Of a DNA stretch of 30,000 bases, positions 17,633-26,067 are shown piece after piece. The notes below the pieces were generated by a model, which had not been told where the DNA came from, did not search any database, and saw only the letters and a list, made by a program, of their open reading frames with translations. The translations under genes and the position numbers were made by a program. The first letter of the stretch is position 1. The number at the start of each line of letters is the position of its first letter. The DNA comes from an uncultured Zoogloea sp. (GTDB taxonomy: Bacteria > Pseudomonadota > Gammaproteobacteria > Burkholderiales > Rhodocyclaceae): positions 10,330 to 40,329 of the forward strand of contig CALBTT010000157.1 in the NCBI GenBank assembly GCA_937967645.1, written 5' to 3'.

Positions 17633-19042
17633 ATGAACAAGGTATTCCCAACCAGCGACACCGCCCTAGACGGCCTCCTCTTCGACGGCATGACCATCGC
17701 CGCCGGCGGCTTCGGCCTGTGCGGCATTCCGGAGAACCTCATCGCTGCGCTGCTGCGCACCGGCCCCCGCGGCCTGACCATCGTCGGCAACAACGCCGGG
17801 GTGGACGACTTCGGCATGGGCCTGCTGCTCAAGGCGCGGCAGGTCAAAAAGGTGATCGCCTCCTACGTGGGCGAGAACAAGGAATTCGAACGCCAGGTAC
17901 TGGCCGGCGAGCTGGAACTGGAGCTGGTGCCCCAAGGCACCCTGGCCGAGCGGCTGCGGGCCGGAGGCGCCGGCATTCCCGGCTTCTTCACCCGGACCGC
18001 CTTCGGCACCCGCCTGGCCGACGGCAAGGAGACCCGCAGCTTCGACGGCGCGGACTATGTGCTGGAGTCGGCCATCCGCGCCGACCTGGCCATCGTCAAA
18101 GCCTGGAAGGGTGACCACGCGGGCAACCTGGTCTTCCGCAAGACGGCCCGCAACTTCAACCCCATGATCGCCACCTGCGGCCGCATGACCGTCGCCGAGG
18201 TCGAGGAGCTGGTCGAGCCGGGCCGGCTGGACCCGGACCAGATCCACACCCCCGGCATCTATGTGGACCGCATCCTCCAGGGCCGGGGCTACGAGAAACG
18301 CATCGAATTCCCCACCGCCGCCGGCACCGCCGCGCCGCGCAAGCAGGACCCGGTGCGTGACATCATGGCCCGCCGCGCCGCCCGTGAGCTGCGCAACGGC
18401 TACTACGTCAACCTGGGCATCGGCATCCCGACCCTGGTCGCCAACTACATCCCCGACGGCATGCAGGTCACCCTGCAATCCGAGAACGGCCTGCTCGGCA
18501 TCGGCCCCTTTCCACCGGCCGAAGCCCTCGACCCCGACCTCATCAACGCCGGCAAGCAGACCATCACCAGCCTGCCTGGCAGCAGCTTCTTCTCCAGCGC
18601 CGACTCGTTCGCGATGATCCGCGGCGGGCATGTGGACCTGTCCATCCTCGGCGGTCTGGAAGTCTCGGCCCACGGCGACCTAGCCAACTGGATGGTGCCA
18701 GGCAAGATGATCAAGGGCCCGGGCGGCGCCATGGACCTGGTCTCCGGCGTCGGACGCGTCATCGTGCTGATGGAGCACACCGCCCGCGACGGCTCGCCGA
18801 AGATCCTGCCCCGCTGCACCCTGCCCCTCACCGGCAAGGGCGTGGTGGACATGATCATCACCGAGCTGTGCGTCTTCGAGGTCGATCCCGAGCACGGACT
18901 GACCCTGATCGAGCTGCAGCCGGGCGTGAGCCTGGACGAAGTGCGGAACAAAACCGGCTGTGATTTCGCGGTGCGCCACGCGCCGGGCCTGACCCTGGCC
19001 TGGACCCTCGCACCCGAGCTGCGGCGCGGCCCGCCGATGTGA
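17633..19042 (+). CDS. 3-oxoacid (acetoacetate) CoA-transferase with subunit A and subunit B fused in one 469-aa polypeptide
   Basis: The N-terminal half is ScoA/AtoD-like ([13 protein letters not shown]…[18 protein letters not shown]…). A linker of about 15 aa follows (…[22 protein letters not shown]…). The C-terminal half is ScoB/AtoA-like ([17 protein letters not shown]…LQSENGLLG with the catalytic Glu of the SENG motif; GGAMDLV). Confidence 0.85.
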   Translation: MNKVFPTSDTALDGLLFDGMTIAAGGFGLCGIPENLIAALLRTGPRGLTIVGNNAGVDDFGMGLLLKARQVKKVIASYVGENKEFERQVLAGELELELVPQGTLAERLRAGGAGIPGFFTRTAFGTRLADGKETRSFDGADYVLESAIRADLAIVKAWKGDHAGNLVFRKTARNFNPMIATCGRMTVAEVEELVEPGRLDPDQIHTPGIYVDRILQGRGYEKRIEFPTAAGTAAPRKQDPVRDIMARRAARELRNGYYVNLGIGIPTLVANYIPDGMQVTLQSENGLLGIGPFPPAEALDPDLINAGKQTITSLPGSSFFSSADSFAMIRGGHVDLSILGGLEVSAHGDLANWMVPGKMIKGPGGAMDLVSGVGRVIVLMEHTARDGSPKILPRCTLPLTGKGVVDMIITELCVFEVDPEHGLTLIELQPGVSLDEVRNKTGCDFAVRHAPGLTLAWTLAPELRRGPPM

Positions 19043-19981
19043 TCAGCCCTGCGGACCACCCTCCGGCCCCAGCGCCGCCGTGCACACCTCGCGCACGCAG
19101 CTGCGCAGCCAGCGGTGGGCCGGATCGGCGTCCAGCCGGGGGTGCCAGATCAGCGACACGGTGATCTGCGGCGCGGTGATGGGCAGGGGGAAGCAGAACA
19201 GCCCGGCGCGCAGGTTGCCCGTGTGCCGCTCGGGCACGCTGGCAACCAGGTCGGAGGCCCGTGCCAGAGCCAGGGCCGTGGCGAAGCCGCCGACGCTGGT
19301 CACCACCTTCCGCTCCAGCCCCAACGTTTGCAGGGTCTCATCGATGGCGCCCCTGCTGCGGCCCCGCGACGAGACCAGGACATGCGCCTCGGCGGCGTAG
19401 CGGGCCGGGGTGATCTCGCCGTGGCTCAGGGGGTGGCCCGGCCTCACCGCGCCGATGAAGCGGTCGCGGAACAGGGCCTGCACGCGCAGCTCCGGCGCCG
19501 TGGCGTCACCGATCACACCGGTCTCCAGGTCGATCGTGCCATCACGCAGGGGCGTGCTGTCCCAGTCCCGGTCCCTGTCCCGGTGCATCCTGGGCACGAA
19601 GCGCAGGCGGACGCCCGGGGCTTCTGCGCCGATGCGGGCCAGCAGCGCCGGCCCGAAGTTTTCGACGAAGCCGTCGCTGGTGCGCAGGGAGAAGCTGCGG
19701 ACGATCTGTGCGGGGTCCAGCACGCCCACCGGGCGCAGCACGGACTCCACATCCCGCACCAGCACGCTCACCTGTTCGCGTATCTCCAGGGCCCGCGGGG
19801 TCGGCACCAGATTGCGGCCAGCCCGGACCAGCAGCGGGTCGCCCATCGTCTCGCGCAGGCGCGCCAGGGCGCGGCTCATCGCCGAGGGGCTGAGCTGCAG
19901 CCGTCGGGCCGCTGCCGCCACGCTGCCTTCGCTGAGCAGTACATCGAGGGTGATCAGCAGGTTGAAATCGGGGGTGGTCAT
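19043..19981 (-). CDS. LysR-family transcriptional regulator, 312 aa
   Basis: N-terminal wHTH (FNLLITLDVLLSEGSVAAAARRLQLSPSAMSRALARLR) and a LysR substrate-binding region. It is divergent from the MFS gene. The start is ATG 19981 (alternative ATG 19993). The stop abuts the convergent CoA-transferase stop. Confidence 0.85.
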   Translation of the reverse strand: MTTPDFNLLITLDVLLSEGSVAAAARRLQLSPSAMSRALARLRETMGDPLLVRAGRNLVPTPRALEIREQVSVLVRDVESVLRPVGVLDPAQIVRSFSLRTSDGFVENFGPALLARIGAEAPGVRLRFVPRMHRDRDRDWDSTPLRDGTIDLETGVIGDATAPELRVQALFRDRFIGAVRPGHPLSHGEITPARYAAEAHVLVSSRGRSRGAIDETLQTLGLERKVVTSVGGFATALALARASDLVASVPERHTGNLRAGLFCFPLPITAPQITVSLIWHPRLDADPAHRWLRSCVREVCTAALGPEGGPQG

Positions 19982-20085
19982 GTCTCCGACCATAGCACGC
20001 GGCGCCCACACATGGCGTTTGATGCACGAATACAGTGCAAGCCGTGCGTCTTCCGCCACCTATTGGAAGCACCTACAGTGGGCGC

Positions 20086-20103
20086 ATCCGGCACGTGCCG
20101 CAT
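20086..20103. promoter_or_regulatory. Near-perfect palindrome (core CGGCACGTGCCG) in the LysR-MFS divergent region; candidate operator
   Basis: ATCCGGCACGTGCCGCAT is 16/18 self-complementary, with a perfect 12-bp core at 20089-20100. It lies 21 bp upstream of the MFS ATG. Confidence 0.3.
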
Positions 20104-20123
20104 GAAGAAAGCAGGAAGCTGCC

Positions 20124-21500
20124 ATGAAGCAAACAGAAAACTCCCCGCAGGCCAGCCAGGCGGTGTCCCCCGTGATGTCCCCTGCCCTGGCCAGCCTGGC
20201 CCTGTCCATCCTGTTGCCGTCCCTCGGCACCAGCATCGCCAACATCGGCCTGCCGGCCCTGATGCAGGCCTTCGGCGCCTCCTTCCAGGCGGTGCAGTGG
20301 GTGGTCCTGGCCTACCTGCTCGCCATCACCACGCTGATCGTCGGCGCCGGGCGGCTGGGTGACCTGCTCGGGCGCCGCCGGCTGCTGCTCGCCGGCATCG
20401 CCGTATTCAGCCTGGCCTCGGCCCTGTGCGGTCTGGCCACGGCGCTTCCGCTGCTGATCGCCGCGCGGGCTCTCCAGGGGCTCGGCGCGGCGATCATGAT
20501 GGCCCTCGCCATGGCCTGCGTCGGCGAGATCATCCCCCGCGAGAAGGCGGGCCGCGCGATGGGTGTGCTGGGCAGCATGTCGGCCGTCGGCACCGCGCTG
20601 GGGCCTTCGCTCGGCGGCGTGCTGATCTCTGCTGCGGGCTGGCCGGCGATCTTCATGATCCTGCTGCCGCCGGGCCTGCTGGCCTTTGTGCTGGTCCATC
20701 GCCACCTGCCCGCCAGCCCCCCGGCCGTACAGCAGGACGGCACGGGCTTCGATGTGCCGGGCACCGCGATCCTGGCCGTGACACTGGCCGCCTATGCCCT
20801 CGCCCTGACCGTCGGGCGCGGCGACTTCGGCGGCCTCAACCTGGCCCTGCTGGCTGGCGCGGCGCTGGGCCTGGTGCTTTTCCTGCAGGTGGAGGCGCGG
20901 GCGCCCTTCCCCCTGATCCGGCCCGGGATGTTCCGTGACCGGCCCCTCAGTGCAGGCCTGGCCGGCAGCGCGCTGGTGTCCACGGTGCTGATGGCCACCC
21001 TGGTGGTCGGCCCCTTCCATCTCTCGCAGACCCTCGGGCTCGACCCGACCCGCACCGGCCTGGTGATGTCCCTGGGACCGCTGGTGGCCGCCCTTACCGC
21101 AACGCCCGCGGGGCGTTTGGTGGATCGCCTGGGCGCCCGGCCGATGAGCCTGCTCGGACTGGCCGGTATCGGTGGCGCCTGTGTGCTGCTGGCGGTACTG
21201 CCGACTGCACTCGGCGTTCCCGCCTACCTCGGTCCGATGCTGATCCTCACCGCCAGCTATGCGCTGTTCCAGACCGCCAACAACACCGGGGTGATGGGTG
21301 GCATCGCACCGGCTCAACGGGGCCTCGTGTCCGGCATGCTCAACCTGTCGCGCAATCTCGGGCTGATCACCGGCACCGCGGTGCTCGGCGCGGTGTTTTC
21401 CGCCGGCGGACTACAGCTCACCTTTGCGGTGGCGACCGCCCTGATCGGCGTGGCCATCACCACGCTGCAGCGGGGCCAAGGCGGCCGCGACAGCCCTTGA
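20124..21500 (+). CDS. MFS transporter (drug/metabolite:H+ antiporter type), 458 aa
   Basis: Multiple hydrophobic spans and MFS motif A (GRLGDLLGRRRLLL). AGGAAG lies 5 nt upstream of the ATG. Confidence 0.85.
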   Translation: MKQTENSPQASQAVSPVMSPALASLALSILLPSLGTSIANIGLPALMQAFGASFQAVQWVVLAYLLAITTLIVGAGRLGDLLGRRRLLLAGIAVFSLASALCGLATALPLLIAARALQGLGAAIMMALAMACVGEIIPREKAGRAMGVLGSMSAVGTALGPSLGGVLISAAGWPAIFMILLPPGLLAFVLVHRHLPASPPAVQQDGTGFDVPGTAILAVTLAAYALALTVGRGDFGGLNLALLAGAALGLVLFLQVEARAPFPLIRPGMFRDRPLSAGLAGSALVSTVLMATLVVGPFHLSQTLGLDPTRTGLVMSLGPLVAALTATPAGRLVDRLGARPMSLLGLAGIGGACVLLAVLPTALGVPAYLGPMLILTASYALFQTANNTGVMGGIAPAQRGLVSGMLNLSRNLGLITGTAVLGAVFSAGGLQLTFAVATALIGVAITTLQRGQGGRDSP

Positions 21501-21535
21501 GGGGAGGCCCGTCCGCGCCCCTCTTCCGCCTCCCC
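21501..21535 (+). terminator. Weak hairpin after the MFS gene (8-bp GC stem, 19-nt loop, no T-run)
   Basis: GGGGAGGC…GCCTCCCC lies immediately after the stop codon. Confidence 0.3.
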
Positions 21536-21567
21536 GTGAAGCGCGCCACGCTTGCCTCGCAGCGCGG

Positions 21568-21596
21568 TTGCCAGCCCCTGCATGTCCGGCTATCGT
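21568..21596 (+). promoter_or_regulatory. Candidate sigma-70 promoter for the PocR-GGDEF gene (TTGCCA-17 nt-TATCGT)
   Basis: Read directly. The spacing is 17 nt. It lies about 55 nt upstream of the GTG start. Confidence 0.35.
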
Positions 21597-21649
21597 GCGT
21601 GGGCTTAATTTGTAACACCCCTGGTTCGATGGCGGCAGCAGGAGGCTGA

Positions 21650-23830
21650 GTGAGATTCACCGAGTTGGTCGACATCGACGAGTTGCGCGGCTTGTGCGAA
21701 GAGTTTTCCGACATCACGGGCGCGGTGACGGCGATCCTCGATCTCGAGGGCAACATCCTCATCGCCACCGGCTGGCACGACATCTGCACCAAGTTCCACC
21801 GCGTCAATGCCGGTACCGCGGCACGCTGCCTGGAAAGCGACACGGTGCTGGCCGACCAGCTCAAGATGGGCGAGAGCTACAACGTGTACCGCTGCAAGAA
21901 CGGCCTGGTGGACGTGGCAGTGCCCATCAACATCGGCGGCGAGCACGTCGCCAACCTGTTCACCGGCCAGTTCTTCTTCGACGAACCGGACACCCAGTAC
22001 TTCATCCGCCAGGCCAACGAATTCCGTTTCGACCAGCGCGCCTATCTTGAGGCCCTGGAGAAGACACCGGTGTTCACCGCCGAGAAGGTGAAGTCCACCA
22101 TGGCCTTCTTCACCCGGCTGGCCCGGGTCATCGGAGAGATGGGGCTGGCCAGGGTACAGATGCTCGAGACCAACTCGGCCCTGCAGGCCAGCGAGGCCAT
22201 CATCCAGTCCTCGGAAGACGCCATCATCGGCAAGTCGCTGGATGGCATCGTCACCACCTGGAACCCCCGCGCCACATCGATCTTTGGCTACACCGCGGCC
22301 GAGATGATCGGGCAGTCGATCCTGCGCCTGTTCCCCGAGGATCTGCGCCACGAAGAGGCCGAGATCCTCGGCCGTATCCAGCGCGGCGACAGGGTCGACC
22401 ACTTCGAGAGCATCCGGATCCGCAAGGACGGCGAGCCGATCCATGTCAGCATCACCCTCTCTCCGATCCGCAACACGCGGGGCGAGATCGTCGGCGCCTC
22501 CTCCATCGCCCGCGACATCACCCGCCAGGTCAAGGCCGAAACGGCCGCCCGCGAGAAGGACGAGCAGTTCCGCCTGGCCATCGAGACCTCCACCGACGGC
22601 TTCTGGACCACCGACACGGCGGGCCGCATCCTCGAAGTGAACAATGCCTACGTCAAGCTCTCGGGCTATTCCCGCGACGAGCTGCTCGGCATGTCGATCG
22701 AGCAGCTGGACGCCAGCGACAGCCCGGAGCGGATCACGGCGCTGACCGAGAAGGTGCTGGCCGATGGCTACGCGCGATTCGAGACCACCCACCGCCACCG
22801 CGGCGGCAGGATCTGGCCTGCGGAGGTGGTGGCCAGCTATTCGCCCATCATGGGGGGCAGGCTGTTCATCTTCATCAAGGACCGCACCGAGGAGAAGAAG
22901 GCCGCCGAGCTGATCTGGCGCCAGGCCAACTTCGACCGGCTGACCGACCTGCCCAACCGCTCCCTGCTGTTCGACCGCCTCTCCAAAGCCTGCCTGCTGG
23001 CCCGGCGCCAAGGCAGGCACGCCGCCCTGCTGTATCTGGACCTGGACGGCTTCAAGCCGATCAACGACCAGTATGGCCACGAGACCGGCGACATCGTGCT
23101 CGCCGCCGTGGCCAAGCGCTGGCTCGGCTGCGTGCGCGACTCGGACACGGTGGCCCGGCTGGGCGGCGATGAATTCGCGGTACTGACCGGCGACCTGATC
23201 GACCGGGAGCAGGCGGCGAGCGTCGCCCGCAAACTGCTGGAGGCCCTCGCCGAGCCCATCCTGCTGCCCGGCGGCAAGGTCTGCCAGGTTGGGGCCAGCA
23301 TCGGCATCAGCATGTATCCGGACAACGCCCTGGAGATCGACTCGCTCATCGAGGCCGCAGATTCGGCGATGTACCAGAGCAAGGCCGGGGGCAAGGACAC
23401 CTATACCTTTTCGACGGCCAGCCCCGAACCGCGGCAGTGGGTGTCATTCGACGACAGCTTCAGGGTGGGTGTGGCCGAGATCGACGCCCATCACCGGCAG
23501 CTGGCCAACCTGATCAACCATCTGAACCAGGCCACCCGGCTCGAGGCGGGCACCACCGACTTCCTGCCCCGCTTCCGGGAGCTGATCGGCTTTGTGCGCT
23601 TTCATCTCGATGCCGAGGACCGCCTGATGAGCGCGCACGGCTACCCCGCCCACGCAACGCATCGCCGCGAGCACGACGATCTGGTGCATCTGCTGGAACG
23701 GACCGCCCGGGATTTCGGGAAGGGCAAGGAGCTGCTGGCCCTGCAGATCGTGAAGGACGTGTTCGTCAATCACATCCAGGCGTCCGACAAGCCCCTCGGG
23801 GCCTTCCTCAACGGGCTCGACGTCAGCTGA
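21650..23830 (+). CDS. Multidomain diguanylate cyclase: PocR sensory domain, two PAS domains, GGDEF, and a C-terminal hemerythrin-like domain; 726 aa
   Basis: GTG start with AGGAGG 4 nt upstream. The N-terminus is PocR-like (…ILDLEGNILIATGWHDICTKFHR…YRCKNGLVDVAVPI…). Two PAS blocks follow (SEDAIIGKSLDGIVTTWN…; TDGFWTTDTAGRILEVN…). GGDEF is RLGGDEFAVL with an RDSD I-site. The C-terminus carries hemerythrin metal-ligand motifs (EIDAHH, H…HRREH, HIQASD). Confidence 0.85.
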   Translation: MRFTELVDIDELRGLCEEFSDITGAVTAILDLEGNILIATGWHDICTKFHRVNAGTAARCLESDTVLADQLKMGESYNVYRCKNGLVDVAVPINIGGEHVANLFTGQFFFDEPDTQYFIRQANEFRFDQRAYLEALEKTPVFTAEKVKSTMAFFTRLARVIGEMGLARVQMLETNSALQASEAIIQSSEDAIIGKSLDGIVTTWNPRATSIFGYTAAEMIGQSILRLFPEDLRHEEAEILGRIQRGDRVDHFESIRIRKDGEPIHVSITLSPIRNTRGEIVGASSIARDITRQVKAETAAREKDEQFRLAIETSTDGFWTTDTAGRILEVNNAYVKLSGYSRDELLGMSIEQLDASDSPERITALTEKVLADGYARFETTHRHRGGRIWPAEVVASYSPIMGGRLFIFIKDRTEEKKAAELIWRQANFDRLTDLPNRSLLFDRLSKACLLARRQGRHAALLYLDLDGFKPINDQYGHETGDIVLAAVAKRWLGCVRDSDTVARLGGDEFAVLTGDLIDREQAASVARKLLEALAEPILLPGGKVCQVGASIGISMYPDNALEIDSLIEAADSAMYQSKAGGKDTYTFSTASPEPRQWVSFDDSFRVGVAEIDAHHRQLANLINHLNQATRLEAGTTDFLPRFRELIGFVRFHLDAEDRLMSAHGYPAHATHRREHDDLVHLLERTARDFGKGKELLALQIVKDVFVNHIQASDKPLGAFLNGLDVS

Positions 23831-23843
23831 CCCGCCCCGGGCC

Positions 23844-25148
23844 TCAGACCTGGGTGAAGGCCTCGCGCAGCTTGTCCAGGGTCTCAGCCTCGCCGCGTAC
23901 CCGGAAGAACGCCCCCTCCTCGTCGGCCCGCTCCTCCAGCACCTCGCAGTTGGCGTAGATGTCCTGGCGCCACTGCTGGGCCGACCAGGGCAGGAAGAGC
24001 TCGCCCTCGATCAGATTGCGCTGGAAGAAGGCCACGATGGCCCGGTGCAGCCGGGCCACGTCGTCGGGGCGGCGGGCGCTCATCACGATGCAGCCCGGGT
24101 AGGCCTCCTGCAGTTCGGCGGTGCGGGCAGCCTGGGCCTCGGCATCGCCAACGTGATCGATCTTGTTGAAGATGCGCAGGCGCGGCACCTCGCTGGCGCC
24201 GATTTCTTCCAGCACCGTGTCGGTCACCGCGCGCTGGCGCTCGAAGCCGGGGTCGCTGGCGTCGATGACATGCAGCAGCAACTCGGCATCGAGGGCTTCA
24301 TCGAGGGTGGACTTGAAGGACGCCACCAGACCATGGGGCAGATTCTTGATGAATCCCACCGTGTCGCTGACCAGCACCCGGGGCACGCTGGCCGGGTGCA
24401 GCACCCGCACCGTGGTGTCGAGCGTGGCGAACAGCTTGTTGGCCACCAGCACCTCGCTACCGGTGAGCGCCCGCATCAGGGTGGACTTGCCCGCGTTGGT
24501 GTAGCCCACCAGGGCCACCCCGGCCAGGCCCTGGCGGCCCTGGCGACGCGAACGCTGGGTGGCGCGCTCGGCCTCCATCGCGTCGATGTCCTGCTGCAGC
24601 TCGGCGATCCGGTCGCGGATCTTGCGCCGGTCCAGCTCGGTCAGCGACTCACCCGAGCCACGGCCACCCCCACCACCACGCTGGCGCCCCTGGGAGCCGG
24701 CCAGCTTGGCCATCTCGCGCAGGCGCGGCGCCATGTAACCCAGCCGGGCGATCTCCACCTGGGCGCGGGCCGCGCGGGAGCGGGCGTTGCGGTGGAAGAT
24801 CTCGAGGATGACCATGGTCCGGTCCATCACCTCGCAGCCCACCTCCACCTCCAGGTTGCGCGCCTGGGACGGAGACAGCTCATGATCCACCAGGATGACC
24901 TCGATCTCCTGGCCGTCATCGCCATTCACGAAGTCGCGGAGCTCCTGCCGCTTGCCGACGCCCAGGTAAGCCGTGGTATCGAAACCGGGGCGCTTCTGGA
25001 CGAAGGTATGCACCACCTCCAGGCCCAGCGTCTTGGCCAGCTCGCGCAACTCGGCCAGCGAAGACTCGAACTCGAAATCGCTGACGGTGGGCAACTGGAC
25101 CGCGGCAACCACGGCATATACGGGCTTATCCTTGACGTCTCTTTGCAT
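23844..25148 (-). CDS. hflX: GTPase HflX, 434 aa
   Basis: HflX N-terminal domain plus G motifs GYTNAGKST (G1), DTVGF (G3) and NKID (G4). The start is ATG 25148 (MQRDVKDKPVYAVV…). Confidence 0.9.
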   Translation of the reverse strand: MQRDVKDKPVYAVVAAVQLPTVSDFEFESSLAELRELAKTLGLEVVHTFVQKRPGFDTTAYLGVGKRQELRDFVNGDDGQEIEVILVDHELSPSQARNLEVEVGCEVMDRTMVILEIFHRNARSRAARAQVEIARLGYMAPRLREMAKLAGSQGRQRGGGGGRGSGESLTELDRRKIRDRIAELQQDIDAMEAERATQRSRRQGRQGLAGVALVGYTNAGKSTLMRALTGSEVLVANKLFATLDTTVRVLHPASVPRVLVSDTVGFIKNLPHGLVASFKSTLDEALDAELLLHVIDASDPGFERQRAVTDTVLEEIGASEVPRLRIFNKIDHVGDAEAQAARTAELQEAYPGCIVMSARRPDDVARLHRAIVAFFQRNLIEGELFLPWSAQQWRQDIYANCEVLEERADEEGAFFRVRGEAETLDKLREAFTQV

Positions 25149-25240
25149 GCGGGGCGGGATATGAATTGAGTGGAAAGAAGGGGATAGTACCCGCAAGCAC
25201 GACCGAACGCCTCCGCCCCCACACTTCCGAGGACGACACC

Positions 25241-25636
25241 ATGCCCAGCGAACAACGCAGACACTTCTCCCGGGTCAGCTTCCAGGAAGGTTGCACACTG
25301 CAGATCAACGACACGGCGCTGAGCTGCTGCGTGCTCGACCTGTCCCTGCGCGGCGCCCTGCTCAGCCTCCCGGCCAACACCCTGACCGGCCCCGCCCCGG
25401 CCCGCGGCACCCCCTGCACACTCAGCATCACCCTGGAACCCGACGGCGACGCACAAGTCGTGATGAGCGCCCAGGTCGCCCACCACGACACCTCCGGCGA
25501 CACGCGCCATCTCGGCATCAGCTGCCGGGAGATCGACCTGGACAGCATCACCCACCTGCGCCGCCTGGTCGAACTCAACCTCGGCGACGCTGAATTGCTG
25601 GAACGGGAGGTGGCCTTGCTGGTGCGGGGGGCGTAG
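25241..25636 (+). CDS. Single-domain PilZ c-di-GMP-binding protein, PA4608/MapZ-like, 131 aa
   Basis: RRxxxR (QRRHFSR) and DxSxxG (DLSLRG) motifs. The C-terminal IDLDSITHLRRLVELNLGDAELLEREVALLV closely resembles my recollection of the P. aeruginosa PA4608 C-terminus. GAGGA lies 7 nt upstream of the ATG. Confidence 0.85.
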   Translation: MPSEQRRHFSRVSFQEGCTLQINDTALSCCVLDLSLRGALLSLPANTLTGPAPARGTPCTLSITLEPDGDAQVVMSAQVAHHDTSGDTRHLGISCREIDLDSITHLRRLVELNLGDAELLEREVALLVRGA

Positions 25637-25663
25637 GGGCGGGCAGCAATGCCACGCCCTTTC
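25637..25663 (+). terminator. Terminator-like hairpin after the PilZ gene
   Basis: GGGCG-GGCA-gcaa-TGCC-a-CGCCC followed by TTTC. It starts directly after the stop codon. The T-run is short. Confidence 0.5.
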
Positions 25664-25717
25664 AAGGCAGCCTGGAGGAGTGGCGACGTGGTTCAATAGG
25701 TTTCAGAAAACGCCTTT

Positions 25718-26059
25718 CTAGATATCCCAGTCCGCGTTGCCCGGCGTCGCCCCGCACTCCCTGATGCTCCAGAAACTGAAATCGGGTGCCCGCTCCCTGA
25801 TGAGTGCGGCGGTTCTGGGCATCACCTCCGCACGCTTGTTGAAAGGCCACGCGGCCCATTCTGCCTGGGCCTGCCGAGCAAGCGTCACGGCTGCTTCAAC
25901 GTCGTCCGCATTTGCCGTTGCAAGCAGCGCGAGCGTGTCTCCGGTAGACGCGTCGCGCGAAGATGTGGACTCTCCGTTAGCCGCTATCCAATCCCCACCA
26001 AAGATCCTGTTTTCCCAAACATGGCTTTTGCCAACTTGCATGAGCACTTGCTCCGACAT
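25718..26059 (-). pseudogene. 5' fragment (about 113 codons of an expected ~480-490) of an XylC-type NAD+ benzaldehyde/aryl-aldehyde dehydrogenase
   Basis: MSEQVLMQVGKSHVWENRIFGGDWIAANGE…DDVEAAVTLARQAQAEWAAWPFNKRAEV…FWSIRECGATPGNADWDI* is collinear with ALDH N-termini up to the stop at 25718-25720. No catalytic Cys/Glu region follows in any frame. The core-type PilZ gene lies 80 bp away. Confidence 0.75.
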
Positions 26060-26067
26060 ATCGACTT

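Noticed and set aside
23831-23843. 13-bp gap between the convergent PocR-GGDEF and hflX stops, examined for a shared terminator.
   Set aside because: The sequence CCCGCCCCGGGCC is too short for a meaningful hairpin and has no U-tract. No structure is called.
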